Positions 12,632 to 26,895 of a stretch of 64,000 bases of DNA are shown piece after piece. Position numbers and translations under genes: made by a program. The DNA comes from Octopus vulgaris (Eukaryota), in assembly GCA_951406725.2 (NCBI GenBank), contig OX597827.1, positions 21,638,001 to 21,702,000 of the forward strand, in the 5' to 3' direction. A model generated the notes under the pieces. It had not been told where the DNA came from. It was given only the letters and a program-made list of their open reading frames with translations, and did no database searches. The first letter of the stretch is position 1; every line of letters begins with the position of its first letter.

Positions 12632-15049
12632 CTGGCACAATGTATCTAAACCATCTGTCATAATATCATGGCAGTACCATGATGTGGGAAACAGAAGCTA
12701 CGTGTCGGGGTGTATCCAATTTAAACTGAAATGGCTACAGGTAACCACTATAGTAATCAAGCTGTCCTGAGAAAAGCACCAGTTGTCCACTGTTAGGGGT
12801 CATTGTAAGAGTCAATCTATTACAAAGACAGTTTGTAGAGACAGCCCACTCTATGGAGTGGTTGATGTTAGAAAGGGCATCCAGCCATAAAATCCATGCC
12901 AAAATGCACTCAAAAGTATGGCGCAGGCTCCTGTCAAACCGTCCAACCCATGACAGCATGGAAAATGGACATTAAATGATGATGATGATGATGATGAGTT
13001 TGTTCCTTAACTTATTGATGGTATCTTATGGTGTGTTGTCTGTTGGCTTTGCAAAGTAAATTATTCTTGGTTGCTATGGAAATAAGGACATATATCACAC
13101 AGTAAAAAAGCTGTGTAGTCTTTGTGGCAAAAAACAACAACCGCATTGTTGTTGTTGCTGTCAATATTGGTTGAACTAATCTATAATCAAAGGAGTATGG
13201 TTATCCCTTTTTTGTTTAAGGTGTAATATGACCAGGTCTACATAAACCGCTAACTTGCTCTTTTGAAACACCAGCATTTGAATTTAGGAAGAATTGGTTC
13301 ATTCTTTATATAAGAACCATTTGTTACGTTCCACCAACAGATCTAATAATGGCTTCTAATTTAAGCACTTTATGTCACTGCCCTCAAAAGGATGAAAAAG
13401 CAAAGCTGACATTGACAGAATTTGAACTCAGAATCTGTAGAGGTGGTATAAATACTGTCCAGTCCACCTCTTTTGTATTTGTTTCCCTGAAGGCAGAAAA
13501 TGTTTTTTGCTCTTTGGTTAAGTTTGTGTTGTTCTTGCAACAGGCCATTCTCTGATGTTCTAACCATTCTTCCGATTTGTGACTCTAATTTGAAATAAAA
13601 CGTATCATCACAAAGTCATTTATTTGACTAAATTCTATTAAATTCTTGATTCTGTTCGGAGTCAATTGAAAATGATGAACAATGTATTTCGCAAGAAATA
13701 TTGTTGTGAAATGGTTAAAGTCTGAAGGTTTTTGTCAGTAAACACCATAGTTTAGTAATATGAACATCAAACTAAATACTGTCCAACAAAAATTTGTGGG
13801 TTAAGTCTAAAGTTGTGGTCCTTAACAATAAATGGATGACTGATGGTAAGGATACTGTCATATCTTCTACAAAGGATTGTCCTCCAAAAATATACTGATT
13901 TCCCATTTAGACACAAGGCCAGTAATTTCAGAGGCAGGGGAGGGGGGGATGAAGTCAATTACATCAACCCCAGTGTTTGACTGGGACTTACTTTATCAAC
14001 CCCCAAAAGGATGAAAGGCAAGGTTGACCTCGGGGGAATTTGAACTCAGGACATAATGATGGATGAAATTCCACTAAGCATTTTCCCCAGCAACACTGCC
14101 GGCTCACAGCCCTTCCAAAATATATTGGTGGATGACGTCTTAGATCCTCTCCTGTGAAAATGGCACTGATGAAATGATTAATAGCATATATTTTATCCCC
14201 TTCTTTGTATCTTTGAGTCCATCAGACTTGTGAAAATGTTACATTCTTATTTTAGGAGGAAGATACATCGTCTAAAGGGAGGAGGTGTTCTCTGGTGGCA
14301 AAAGACAACAGGAATCAGTATCCACATTGGAATCTACCAAAACATTGAAAATGAATTGATATATTTTGATTTGGGTTGTTGCTGTTTTGTAGGCATCTTT
14401 TGAATGGCTAAATTCTAAAAACTTTTGAAAAAGGTTTAGATTCTTGTGTGTAGGAGCTGCACCGTCCTAGATGTGTGAAGAATATATTCTTACTTTTGTG
14501 ATTTCTAAGAGTTGGTTATTGTTCAAAGCTGAAATGTTTTATGGTCTTCGAGGGAATTTTGGTAATGCTTGTTGAATACACAGTTTTAATGTTGATTCCT
14601 GCATATTAGATATTTGAAACATTCTTCATAGACGCTTCTTTACCAATTCCTCATCACAATCAATCTTAGAAATACTGGCTCTAACAGTCCATGGAGTCAA
14701 TTTGGTGGGGGTTTTTTAAGGGTTTTCTCAATGACGGGGCTGCGCTAAGGACATTTTCAGGTCTCCAAGACTTGGTGAAATCAATAAAGTTTGATATTCA
14801 TCTTCAACAATTTCAAATTGATTGCAGCAAGAAAAATATGAGCAGGGAGAGAATTCTAGAAAAGTGACTTTCTTGTTAATGAAGAACTGAGAAAAATGGC
14901 TGCAGATGTAAACAAACCAACACCAGTTGTCAAACGTCAGGGGTACAAACAGAGACCTACACACTCATACAAAAAGACACACACAGACATATATATATAT
15001 AAATGCTTACTGGAAACAAAATAACAGTTTGTGGCATTTCATTACGTAA

Positions 15050-15262
15050 TCAGTTAAAAAAAACATAATAAATGCACAAATAAATGGCAGTAGGTCACCA
15101 AATTCTCATCAGTTATCGGTCAGCGGGTCAAACACCATTATTTGTCTTCAAATCATTGAAGGCGTGAAACTGAGTTTGACCCTCTGACCGATAACTGATG
15201 AGAATTCGGTGACCTTCAATGTCTGTCTTCCATTTGTTTGTGCATTTATTATGTTTTTTAAC
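15050..15262. repeat. Fold-back (inverted) Penelope-like repeat with a related single arm at 16365-16507
   Basis: TTCTCATCAGTTATCGGTCAG..GGTCAAAC is inverted as GTTTGACC..CTGACCGATAACTGATGAGAA. The outer arm AGTTAAAAAAACATAATAAATGCACAAA is also mirrored. Confidence 0.65.
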
Positions 15263-16203
15263 TTACATACACACACACATACTTATTCACACATATATAT
15301 ATATATTAATTTGTGCATCCAACCTAACTTGGGTGTGTTGTTAAGAACACAACACTGTAGACTTTGGTAATCATCCAGAGAAATCATCTCATATGGATTT
15401 TAAGGGCTAAAAAATTGCACAGATTATATTGGTTGATGTAATTTCGTCAGCACCAGTGGATGGGACAGGTGTATTCTCCCATTTAGTGTAGCTCTCTCCA
15501 CCTGCTTTTTGCCAAATCCCTGACTGTTTAGTCAGAGATAAACTACATCAGCTTTGACGGATTTTTGATTTGGTATTTGATGCTTGGGTGCCTGTTGTTG
15601 ATGCAGAATTTATGGCAAAAGATACTGTCAGCCTGTTGTGTGGAATGGAAAATCCAATATTTCAAACAAAGTCCTTCTTCAGGGAAAAGTTAACAAGAGA
15701 AAAATTAATAAAGCTTCCGCAATCCTGCATTCCTTATCAGCTGCAGCCTGTTTTTTTTTCTCTTTAACTTCTGGGATGTAAAACTCTGCTGTCTCTCATT
15801 TACTTCTCACCTTTCAACTTTTCCATGGAAAAAGATTGTGTCTGAAATGTTGGACTTTTTTCACTCCTCACAACACGTTCACTCTATTCTTAATTGATTC
15901 TACTAAATGATAGTCTGGCAAATGCCAGTCTACACAGGCAGGAGCAAGTCCTATTATAGTAATAAGCAGCTTGAGAATGATTAAAAAAAAAGATGCTGAC
16001 CAAACCATAAGCAAAGCTCTATGATGTAGGAATAGATGTTCAACCTATGGAGCAAAGCATCCTTAAGCACTACCAATATATTATTTAGAAGACTACTTAC
16101 AATACCATGTAGAACACTGCAAACCCAAAGTTCACATAGATGTGATTGGTTACATACGGAAAGCAAACAATAAAAACACCACCATTAGAAAATATTATTA
16201 TCA

Positions 16204-16255
<52 letters not shown>

Positions 16256-16507
16256 ATAGTCTTAGTTTTATCACATGCTTTCACTGCACTACTGAGCATA
16301 GCTCTGAGGGCCTTGGATATGTGCTGCAGTTTGTTGTGATGCTCTTATTGTTAGTGTATTGAAAATTTATAAATGCTTACTGTAGACAAAATAAGAGTTT
16401 GTGGCATTTCATTACATAATAAGTTAAAAAAACATGATAAATGGAAAACAGACACAGAAGGTCACTAAATTCTCATCCGTTATCAGCCAGAGGGTCCTCA
16501 AACACCA

Positions 16508-16886
16508 TTATTACCTCTGCCTTAGCGAAGGCAGAGGTATTGTTTTCAGTCGTGTTTGTTTGTTGTTTGTCCATGGACAAGATATCTCAAGAACCGCTGG
16601 ATGGATTCAGAAGGAACTTTCAGGGATGTTTGGCCTCGTGACTGGCATGAGCTGATTAGATTTTGGGATCAATCAGGTATCGGAGAAGGATTATGGATTA
16701 TTTTTCCGTTTTTCTTTTTTTTAACTTAATTATTAAGAGTAGTCGGGTTCATTTTTAGTATTGTCGTTTGTGAGAGCAGTCGAGTTTATTTCAGATATTC
16801 TCATTTTAAAAATCATCTCTGGCTAATCATTGAGAGGACGTTGGTGTTGTCTTGGCAGAGGTTTGTGCTCTCTGAGTGCTCTTGTT
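16508..16886 (+). mobile_element. Helentron-associated (HINE/DINE-1-like) non-autonomous element
   Basis: TTATTACCTCTGCC..GGCAGAGGT hairpin, GTTT microsatellite, a distal subterminal repeat GGCAGAGGT and a 3' stem GTGCTCTCTGAGTGC. Second copy at 56904-57271. Confidence 0.7.
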
Positions 16887-16902
16887 ATCATCATCATCAT
16901 CA

Positions 16903-16960
<58 letters not shown>

Positions 16961-18690
16961 GAGTGAGAGAGCCATGCATGCCATAAAATTGACACTGGAG
17001 TAAAATATATGAAGCCCAGTATACCCATCTGATAAGGGTACACCAGGCACATGCATCACAACCATATGTGCATGACATGGTGATCTCATATCAAGATAAA
17101 CAGTGCATGGAATTTGAACTCAGAACATTAAACAGATAATGTGTGCAGTGAGAACAGAAAATGAATGTCAGCAGTGAAGACATTGAGCAAAGTGAAAATT
17201 TAAATGCATTCTCAGCAAATGAAGCAGAAGTCATAGGAAGAACTATATCACAAGAATATGATGATGAACAACAAGACACAGTGAGGGTGCTGTGCCAATA
17301 TATTAGAGAAAACCAGGATCAAACATCCCCCAACCTGAGGTACACTGATCGATGCTAACTCAAGGTTGAAACTGAAAAGATAGATTTGATCCTTGGGTTA
17401 TTATAGACGAGAAATATAACTGAAGCTTACAAGATTATTTGGGCTGCAGCTATGGTAGCTGCAGATAGAATTCGATACAAAAGAAAAGAACAAACGGAAC
17501 GTAAAGAACCATACTGGCGTTGATGAATTTGTGGGAATCAAAGTTAAAATGACATTTAAGACAAGTTGATAGATTGAGAAGACGGGAATTGCAGAACCAA
17601 AGTATAAGAATAATGCTGAGAAGAACATTTAGAATAAGAGATAAGGGTTATGATGTGATATTGGAAGAATTGAAAGAAAGAGTAGGAGCAATCAAAGCAA
17701 AACTAGAAAGATATGACAATAGAAAAAGACAGTTCAGGTAAAACAGTTTGTTTGAAGCAAATCAAATGAAACTGTTTCAGGAACTTGATGGGCAAATACA
17801 CGTAACAATGATACCAGATGCAAAGGAAAGCAAGGCATTCTGGAGAGGGATCTGGGACCAACCTGTAGAGCATAATGATGAAGCAGAGTGGCTGCATGAA
17901 ATCCAAGATAGGTTAAGAAATATAGAAGTCCAAGAAGACATAATGATAACAGCAGAAATGATAAAATAAGAGTTTAAAAAATTCCCAAATCAGAAGAGCC
18001 TGGAACTGGATGGGGTCCAAGGTTATTGGCTGAAGAAGCTGGGAGGGTTCCACGAAAGGATAGCAGAAGAGTTAAATGAGTGCTTGCAGGAAGGGTGCAG
18101 TACCCAGGTGGATGACAAAGGGAAAGACATTGTTATGTGCCAAGGGTCCTGAAAAGGGAAATGTTGCATCCAACTTTACACCAATAACATGCCTTCCGCT
18201 CATATGGAAACTAACATCAGGTGCTTTGGCCAGTGAACTGTACAGATACTTGGGAAACAAGTGGGCTGCTCCCCATTGAACAGAATGGATGCCGGAAAAG
18301 GAGCCGGGGAACGAAGGATCAACTCTTAATTGATAAAGAACTAGAAAAGATTGAAAAATACAGACTACTAAAAGATGAAATCACAAGAATGTGGACAATG
18401 AGAAGAGTGTCTGTCATTCCAATAGTTGTAGCATCAAGTTGGAGAAATATGTCAGAGAAATCAGAATTGACATGAGAACAGAGCAAGCCCCTAAAACTAC
18501 TCTGATGGGGACAGCTAGGATTTTGAGATTGGTACTTGGATGTGGAATGTCTCCCAAAATAATTAACAACCAAGTATCAAAGCTTATAATGTGTGGAAAG
18601 AGACACTGTGAGGCCTCTGACAGAAGGCTGCTCTCTGCTCTCACCAGAATCAACCAGAGTAAACAAGATCAAGCACTCTAAGAAGTAAAA
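16961..18690 (+). mobile_element. Internally deleted R4/Dong-like (RLE-type) non-LTR retrotransposon
   Basis: Motifs DGVQGYWLKK, SNFTPITCLPLIWKL and EQNGCRKRSRGTKDQLLIDK are fused directly to the C-terminal EKIEKYRLLKDEITRMWTMRRVSVIPIVV. Many stops. Flanked by (TTA)n and (CAA/TAA)n. Confidence 0.8.
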
Positions 18691-18934
18691 CAACAACAAC
18701 AACAACAATAATGATAGTAATAATGATGATGGTGATGATGATGGTGATGATGATGATGGTGGTGGTGATAATGATGATGATGATAAAAATGTCTGATATG
18801 AGCATAAGGCTTTTGTCTGTTTAGACTGCTCCCACAACTTGACAGGGATTTTTATCAATTCTAGAATGAAAGGAAAAAGAAAATAATGGTTTTACAACCG
18901 GGGTCTTTTGCCCAACACTCTATCACCTTTTAAT

Positions 18935-18989
<55 letters not shown>

Positions 18990-18992
<3 letters not shown>

Positions 18993-19505
18993 ATTTTCTT
19001 ATTGGCCACAAGGGCCAAACACAAAACAAACGGGGTACAATACAAGGGACAAGTGGGATGTTGGACAATGCTGCGTATACAATAAGTAACAAAAAACAAA
19101 TAACAAAACAATTAAACAATAAAACTTTGCCAAAAGGAGTTCCTCACAGGGACAACTGCAGAACCCCACAGAACCTGGTTATCCTGACCACTAGGTGCAC
19201 CTCAGCAGGCACCTCTCTCCTCAACTCCTCCCGTCTACAAATGAAAGATCAGAGTAGGCCCATTCACACGGGCCATCCTCACCACATACACCCACCTTTC
19301 AAAAAATTTACTGGGGTGGGGGAAGAAGTTCCCTCTCTAATCTCACTTTCCTTTTCAACTTGAAAAATCAATGAAGACTTGACTGAAGAGGAAAGTATCT
19401 GTCTTTAGTCCTTTCAATCTCGTCCACCACACCACCTCCTTCGCCACCAGACAGAGGAAAACTGCCCTTCCTTCCCAGTCAAAGAAAGGCAGCGGGGCAA
19501 CAATA
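18990..19505 (-). mobile_element. 3' fragment of an L1/Tx1-like LINE
   Basis: Degenerate ORF end (FLCLVAKEVVWWTRLK...KRKVRLERE...RWV) plus a 3' UTR running into (TTA)n. Confidence 0.45.
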
Positions 19506-19509
19506 ATAA

Positions 19510-20046
19510 ATGGCCTGATGCAGTACCAGGCAGTGGCTCTCATGGCTTCTGATCTTAACTGATTGGAAGTGTTATCATGTACATTGTTTTGTCTTGGTAT
19601 AAAAGATGGGCTACAGCAAATATTCTGCTCAACACCACAGATTTGCTTGTCAGTTGTTTGACCATAATCAGTTGAACATGTCCCTTAGTGGCTGACAATA
19701 TGTGCATCTCTGATCCCACGCAGAAGTAGTGGGGGAGCATCATAGCCATGGTTTGAATAATACACCTCTGGAAACATAGATGTTTTGTTCATCATCCTTA
19801 AACAAACCTTATGCAGGGACCTTTTGAGAGGGATGGGTTACTCGACCAGAAGAAAATTCTAAGTGGGCCCTACCTGCAAGGTTATGTGCTGTTTATCTTG
19901 ATATGAGATCACTATGTCATGCACATATCGTTGTGATGCATGTGCCTGGTGTACCCTTATCAGACGGGTAGTCATGATGGGCATACTGGGCTTCGTATAA
20001 TTGTACCCCAGTGTTACTTTGATGGCATGCACTGCTCTCTCACTCA
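19510..20046 (-). mobile_element. Non-coding element sharing its 5' end with the R4-like element at 16961
   Basis: Minus strand begins GAGTGAGAGAGCAGTGCATGCCATCAAAG and is colinear for about 150 bp with 16961-17105. Inserted at (TAA)n. Confidence 0.65.
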
Positions 20047-20048
20047 AA

Positions 20049-20088
<40 letters not shown>

Positions 20089-20295
20089 GGTATGATAAAA
20101 AACATTCAGACAAATACATAACAAAAACACCAGGACATACAGGAAATAGAACCACTAGGCACCACACACATCTTACGTTAAACACTTTCAGTACAGTAAA
20201 ATTGAGAGCATCAGAGCAAACCACAGCACATACCCAAGACACACAGAGCTGTGCTCAGTAGTGCAGTGAAGGCACATGATAAAAATAAGACTACC

Positions 20296-20345
<50 letters not shown>
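20089..20345 (+). mobile_element. 3' end of an R4/Dong-like element with (AAT)n tail; opposite-strand copy at 16255-16365
   Basis: GMIKKHSDKYITKTPG...LGTTHILR remnant followed by a 3' UTR and (AAT)n. Confidence 0.65.
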
Positions 20346-20348
<3 letters not shown>

Positions 20349-21670
20349 TGAGTAACCATATAGCTCCTCTACCCCACAAAAACCTATTCTGTTTTGGCGC
20401 CTTCTCTCATCTCCTAGCTTAAAGCCGTCCCCTTCTCAACAGTAGGGGATTTTAGTCATGCAAGCTACATGGGGACCCTATTAATGTTGGTGCCATGAAA
20501 AAACAGCATTCTATAAAATGGTTAGCATTAGGAAAGGCATCCAGCCATAGGTACCATGCCAAAGCAGACACTGGAATATGATGCAATCCTTCGAACCTTT
20601 TGGATCCTTTCAAACTATCCCTGAATGAAACGGGGACATTAAAGAGTTCCCTGCAGACTGAGTAAACGTAAATTAAAAACAAGGGACTGGTTGGGTTCAT
20701 TTTGATAGAAAAGAGTGAAATCAACATCAATTAAGAACAATCAATATTAACAATAAAGTAAAACAACAACAATACAACCAACAAGTTAAGCTCCTTAAAA
20801 TAGGAGGCAATCACAGAGGATGCTTTAGGGTACCCCACAAATAACCCCCATATAACCCTGTCACACCAAAGATATGTAACTTCTCCCAGCTACATACCTG
20901 CCAATCTACAACCACAAACCATATCTTTGATGGAATAAAAGTTACACCAGTTTATCAGACTCACAGCCCAGTTTAGGTTTTGCATACGCAGGGAACAAAA
21001 AAAGGCCTTTATCAATTAAAGAATGTAGTATAAGCTGAACTTGCATATAGAACCCAGGGGGATTTTCTTGGACATTTGGGTGGGGAAGGACAAAAATGAG
21101 CCTCCAAAGGCATCAAATACAGTTTTTGATTTATGTCCTCACCACTTCCCCAACATTTGCCTTCCAAATGATTCCTTGAAAAGACAGCACCTGCCTCTCA
21201 ACATTCACTATTCTCCTTTAAGTTGAAAAAGACATGACCTTCTCCTCATCATCATCATCACTATCTTTATCATCATTTGAAGTTTGTTTTCCATGCTGGC
21301 ATGGGTTGGATGTTCTGATAGGATTCAGTAAGGTGTTGGACCACATCAGGTTCCAGCATCAGCTACGGCATGGCTTCTATGGCTGAACGCCCACCATCAC
21401 CACCAGGCAAAAGAAGACCACGGGCTCTTCTTTGTTAAATACAAGTGATGAGTTAATCTTCAGGATTAACTTAATCCCAGTACATAACTGGTACATTATT
21501 TTATTGATTTCGCAATCAACTTCAACAGAATTTAAAATCCGAAAGTGAAAGACAAAACTTATAAATACACAATAATAAGTGGTTTGCTACCCTGTCAATT
21601 CTACTTAATGAAAAGGACGACCGAAACCTTATGAGTGGATTTGTTAAATGGAAACTGAAAGAAGCCCATC

Positions 21671-21738
<68 letters not shown>

Positions 21739-21938
21739 GTATGTGAATGTGTCTTCGTGTCTGTCTTTGACTCCTACCATCATCTGACAATTGATGGTGG
21801 TGTGTTTATATCCCCAGAACTTAGCAGTTCAGTAAAAGAGACAGAATAAGTATCATTACTTATTCTGTCAATTCATTCAAGTAAAATTCAAGGCAGTGCC
21901 CCAGCATGGCCACCTTGTAATGATGTAGATAGATAAAC

Positions 21939-21969
<31 letters not shown>

Positions 21970-22311
21970 CAGACTGATGGACGGATGGATGGACAGACAG
22001 ACAGATAGACAGATAGACACCTAACAGCACATCTAATGTTGAAGAGCTGTCCCCGTGATAACAAAAACAAACAAAGCTATTGAATTGTAAATTAATAAAC
22101 ACTAATTAGGTGGAGAGATGATTTAATGAAAACAATTTGAATAAATGAATGATGGCGAAAGGAAAACAGCAGATAATTGAATCTAAAATAATTGAAGCGT
22201 CAAAAGGTCAAAACACAACAATACAACAGAGATACCACAGTCTAAAGGTAGACAACAATATATCTGCATATGTATGTGTACGGCATACTTATATGTATGT
22301 ATGTATGTATG

Positions 22312-22397
<86 letters not shown>

Positions 22398-22466
22398 ATA
22401 TGTATGGCCGCAGTCAAATGACTGAAACAAGTAAAAGAATAAAAGAAAAGAATAAAAGAATATATA

Positions 22467-22504
<38 letters not shown>

Positions 22505-23128
22505 CATACACATATATTTATAACCATTGTTTTTCATGTGTCATCTCTTTTTCTTATATATACATATATATACATATCTGTATGAGTGTGTGTATATATG
22601 TGTGTGTATGTGAGTGTGTGTGTATATATATATATATATTTATAATAAAATAAAACATATGCATATATACATACATATATGTACGTACCTACCTCATATA
22701 TATATATACATACACACACACATGAAACATACATACATATAAGCACATATATATGTAAAATATATATACATATTTGTTTATATGAAACTGACACATTTTA
22801 AATTTGAAGGTAACTAAGAAACAATGGGGAGAGAGAGGGGGAGAGAGAAGCCCCTCTCCCTGCCACTTACAAAAGAGAAAAGAAAGGAAAGCACTCTACC
22901 CCCTCCCACTCACATTTATAAAGCAACAAGCTGTTGTTGTTTTTTTAAAAAAACAACTGTAAAACTGTCAGTGACAATGCCAAGGCCATTGGGCCTGTAT
23001 CAAGGTGAAGGACATATTGTGATGCTTCATAACAGAGGAGACTTACTAACAAGGAAAGCAAAAAATGGATGCACCAGCTTGTCTGTGTGTCTTTCACTGA
23101 TTCAAATTACTTTTCTATGATGTAATCA

Positions 23129-23493
23129 TCTCTATATATATAAACAGCAAAATGTCTGTGTGTGTGTCCTTTATACAAATGCACAATTTTTCAGTTAGAG
23201 GGCTCACACTTTCTATGGTCATTCAAAACCATCCAAGAGTGGTCGTGCACAACTTTACATTTCCCCAGTCACCCCAACAAAGCCATTAAAAAATCAATAG
23301 AAGTGACTTTTTTGTGAATTTTCTATCCAAAACCCAATCAAAATGCCCGAAACTTGATACGCCAATTGAATGCCAGCTAGCTATATGTGATTGGTCGGAG
23401 ATTTGGACAGTATTCGCGTGTATGTGCGCACGTACGCAGCTGTATATGCCTGCACTAGTACTATGACCCGGCGTTGCTGGGTCATAGTGCTAG
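23129..23493 (+). mobile_element. Short non-autonomous Helitron
   Basis: 5' end A|TCTCTATATATATAAA. 3' palindrome CTAGTACTATGACCCGGCGTTGCTGGGTCATAGTGCTAG|T. Confidence 0.75.
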
Positions 23494-23544
23494 TATATAT
23501 ATAAATGAGCATGTGTTTCTCTTTAAATATATATAGAGAGAGAT

Positions 23545-24110
23545 ATCATCATTTAACGTCTGTGTTCCATGCTAGCATGAGTGGGATGGTTTCACAGGAA
23601 CCAGCCAGGCCGAAGCCTGCACCAGACGTCTCTGACTGTTTTGGCAGGAATTTTACAGCTGGATGCCCTTCCTAACAGCAACCACTCAGCAGAGTGGACT
23701 TAGTGCTTTTCACGTGGCACAAGCACAGGAGAGGTCAGTTTTGGCAAGGTTTTCACAGCTGGATGCCCTTCTGAACACCTATGACTTTACAGTGTGGACT
23801 GGGTGCTTTTAAGTGGCACCTGCACTGACAGGGTCACCAAGTACTAGCAAGACAAAAACTTTTAAGAGGGGAGGAGGCATTGGAGGAAGTGATGATGAAA
23901 AGGTTATAGTGAGATAGATACAGGTGTCTTGCTGTAGAGGAAGTACAAGATTACCTGGCCGGAGAGAGAGAAAGATCAGGAATGAAGACAGAAACAGGTG
24001 TGCTACCACAAAGAAAATACACGGTTGGCCAACTTGAGGGAAGTGCAGGAGAAGGAGAGAGAGAGAGACAGACAGCAGGATGGAGATGGTGGCAAAGTGC
24101 TGAACATACT
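23545..24110 (-). mobile_element. About 570-bp RTE-related repeat; second copy at 61370-61950
   Basis: The two copies are colinear, for example TTTTAAGTGGCACCTGCACTGACAGGGTCACCAAGTACT. Confidence 0.75.
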
Positions 24111-25356
24111 CACAAGGGACAGGGATCAGAGTATAAATGAGATGGTTGAGTAAAGAAAGAGAGAGATATAGAGAGTGGCAAGTGCCAGGGGATAGCCTTG
24201 AGGTTCAAGTGCCATATGAGTGACAGGATATTGCGAAGGGAGTGCGATTAAAGAGTGCGAGTAAGAGGTGAAAGACCTCAGTATATATAGAGTTGGAGGG
24301 GCTGCTGGATAGCAATGATACAGAGGAACAGGGGTGTGAGGACAGGATTAGGGAGTGAGAGCTAGGCATAGTGAATGAAGGAGGAAATATAAGAAAGAGA
24401 TGTAGATTGGTTTGTTGGGGTAGGGTGAGTGAAAAGTTTTCTTGTTCTGTGTGGGTGGAACACCCAAATCAGGGGCTAGCAGATAGCAATAATAGAGTGA
24501 GACAAGGCATGTGGGTAGAACGCACAGGTTGGGGGCAGGCAGAGAACAATGATACAGTGGCACAGGGCCAAGAGGGCAGGATTGGGGAGTGGGAGGTAAG
24601 CATAGTTCATGAAGTGGAAATGTGAGGAAGAGAAGGGATGTAGAGACATAGTTTGGTTTGCTGTGGTAGAGTGTGTGAGAAGTTTTCTACACAGCACTTC
24701 TAGAACTGTTTTTGCTGACGTGGGCAGGTCTTCTCAAGAACTTCATATCACCAAACATCTTGGTCCATGGTCATTTCCTCTGTGAGGTCCAACCTCTTGA
24801 GATCAGTCCTTACCACTTCATCTCGTGTCTTCCTGGGTCTCCCTCTTCCATGGGTACCATCCACTTTCAGTGATCAGCACTTCTTTATGCAGCTGTTCTC
24901 ATTCATACACATCACATGTCCAAACCAATGTCATCTTCTCTCTTGCTTGCTACGTACATATGTGTATATATATATATATATATATGGGGTGTATATATGT
25001 ATGTGCGCATGTGTGTGTGTATATATATATATATATATCACACATACACATAGGTATGTACATATGTGTGTGTGTATATGTATGTATACATATACATATA
25101 TATATATGAGAGATACATGAATGATGCCAAACCAGATATTGGGACATGATACAATCCTGTGAAAGTACCCAACCTATGCCGACATGGAAGAGGATATTAA
25201 ACGATGCTGTGTTCGTCGTCATTGTCTCATCCTCTTGTCCTCATCATCCAGCTGATGGTGGTGATCATTATTATTATGATTATGATGATGGTGGCAATGA
25301 TGGTAGTGACAACTGGACTCACAGAACACAAGTCATCATTCCTCGATATTATTATC

Positions 25357-25400
<44 letters not shown>

Positions 25401-26430
25401 AACAGCTAGATTGTCAACACAATATCAACTGCCAATGACACAATAATAGTATTAATTTTTTAAGTAAGCAAGGGAGACAATTCATAACATGTTTCATCCT
25501 TATTACACATCCTCAGTAAAACACTGACTACCTCTAACTTGGCAAAATACTGATGAGAGAATCAATCATAAGGTTGAGTGCACAATATTTAAGATTAGAA
25601 GGCAATAATTCATATATTTAGAAGAAAAAAACCCATAAATCTCTGAGGAAAATGCATCTTAGATAATGTTGTTCTCTTGTCCCGTCTGTTGATTACAACA
25701 CTTGAGCTGCTCTTTTCCTTCGGTCATGTTACACAATGTATCCCCCCCCCACTTCTCTTTCTGATGTTTTTCTCATGATATAAATGAAATTAGGTCAGTA
25801 TGTGCTGGATAGGGGTGGGAGAGGTCCTGCTATTGTTGTTGACATATCTGTCTTTGCTCTTCAATGTGAACTCAGATTCATAAACAAAACATCACTCTCC
25901 CCTTCTCTCTCTCTTTCCATCTTTCTCTCTACTTTTCTCTATCTCCTTCTCTCTCTCCATCTTTCTCTTTCTCTCTCTCACTTCTCTCTCACTCTATTTT
26001 AACAAACAAACACACACACACAGGTATGCTTTAGAAAACCTTCAAACTGTCGAAACAAGACAATTTTGTTTGTGGTTGTTGTTGTTTTGGAGTTATTAAT
26101 TACCACAGCACTGGCAGAAGAGTTGTTGAGTGTATATTCGTCTGTGTGCGTGTGTGTGTTTAGTCAGTTTGAAGGTTTTCTAAACCATACACGTGTGTGT
26201 GTGTTCAATCTTACATTAATCTCATGGGTTCTCTCTATTTTTGAAGAGTAAAAACCTAATCACCACCCGACTCAAACCCAAAAATGATTTGAATTCAGCA
26301 GAGACTATACAAAGGGAAGACTTACTCTAATGCATCGTTGTCCGATGATGGTATAGCTGGACAAAACTTTGAAGTCACTGTCAACAACAGTCATATATAA
26401 CAATGATAAATATATAATATAGACACACCT

Positions 26431-26475
<45 letters not shown>

Positions 26476-26478
26476 CAT

Positions 26479-26644
26479 AGGCGCAGGAGTGGCTGTGTGG
26501 TAAGTAGCTTGTTTACCAACCACATGGTTCTGGGTTCAGTCCCACTGTGTGGCACCTTGGGCAAGTGTTTTCTACTATTGCCTCGGGCCGACCAAAGCCT
26601 TGTGAGTGGATTTGGTAGACAGAAACTGAAAGAAGCCCGTCGTA

Positions 26645-26684
<40 letters not shown>

Positions 26685-26895
26685 TGTGTGTGTGTGTTTG
26701 TCCCCCTAGCATTGCTTGACAACCGATGCTGGTGTGTTTATGTCCCCCGTTACTTAGCGGTTCGGCAAAAAGAGACCGATAGAATGAGTACTGAGCTTAC
26801 AAAAAGAGTAAGTCCCGGGGTCGAGTTGCTCGACTAAAGGCGGTGCTCCAGCATGGCCGCAGTCAAATGACTGAAACAAGTAAAAGAGTAAAAGA
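26479..26895 (+). mobile_element. Major tRNA-derived SINE; further copy at 28110-28515
   Basis: Full-length match to 4019 and 29030. Confidence 0.85.

Noticed and set aside
13560-14900. Possible decayed retroelement coding region on the minus strand
   Set aside because: Too degraded to identify motifs with confidence.
25480-25525. Minus-strand CTGAGGA...GAAACATGTTA hammerhead
   Set aside because: Stem II cannot pair; at best a decayed copy.
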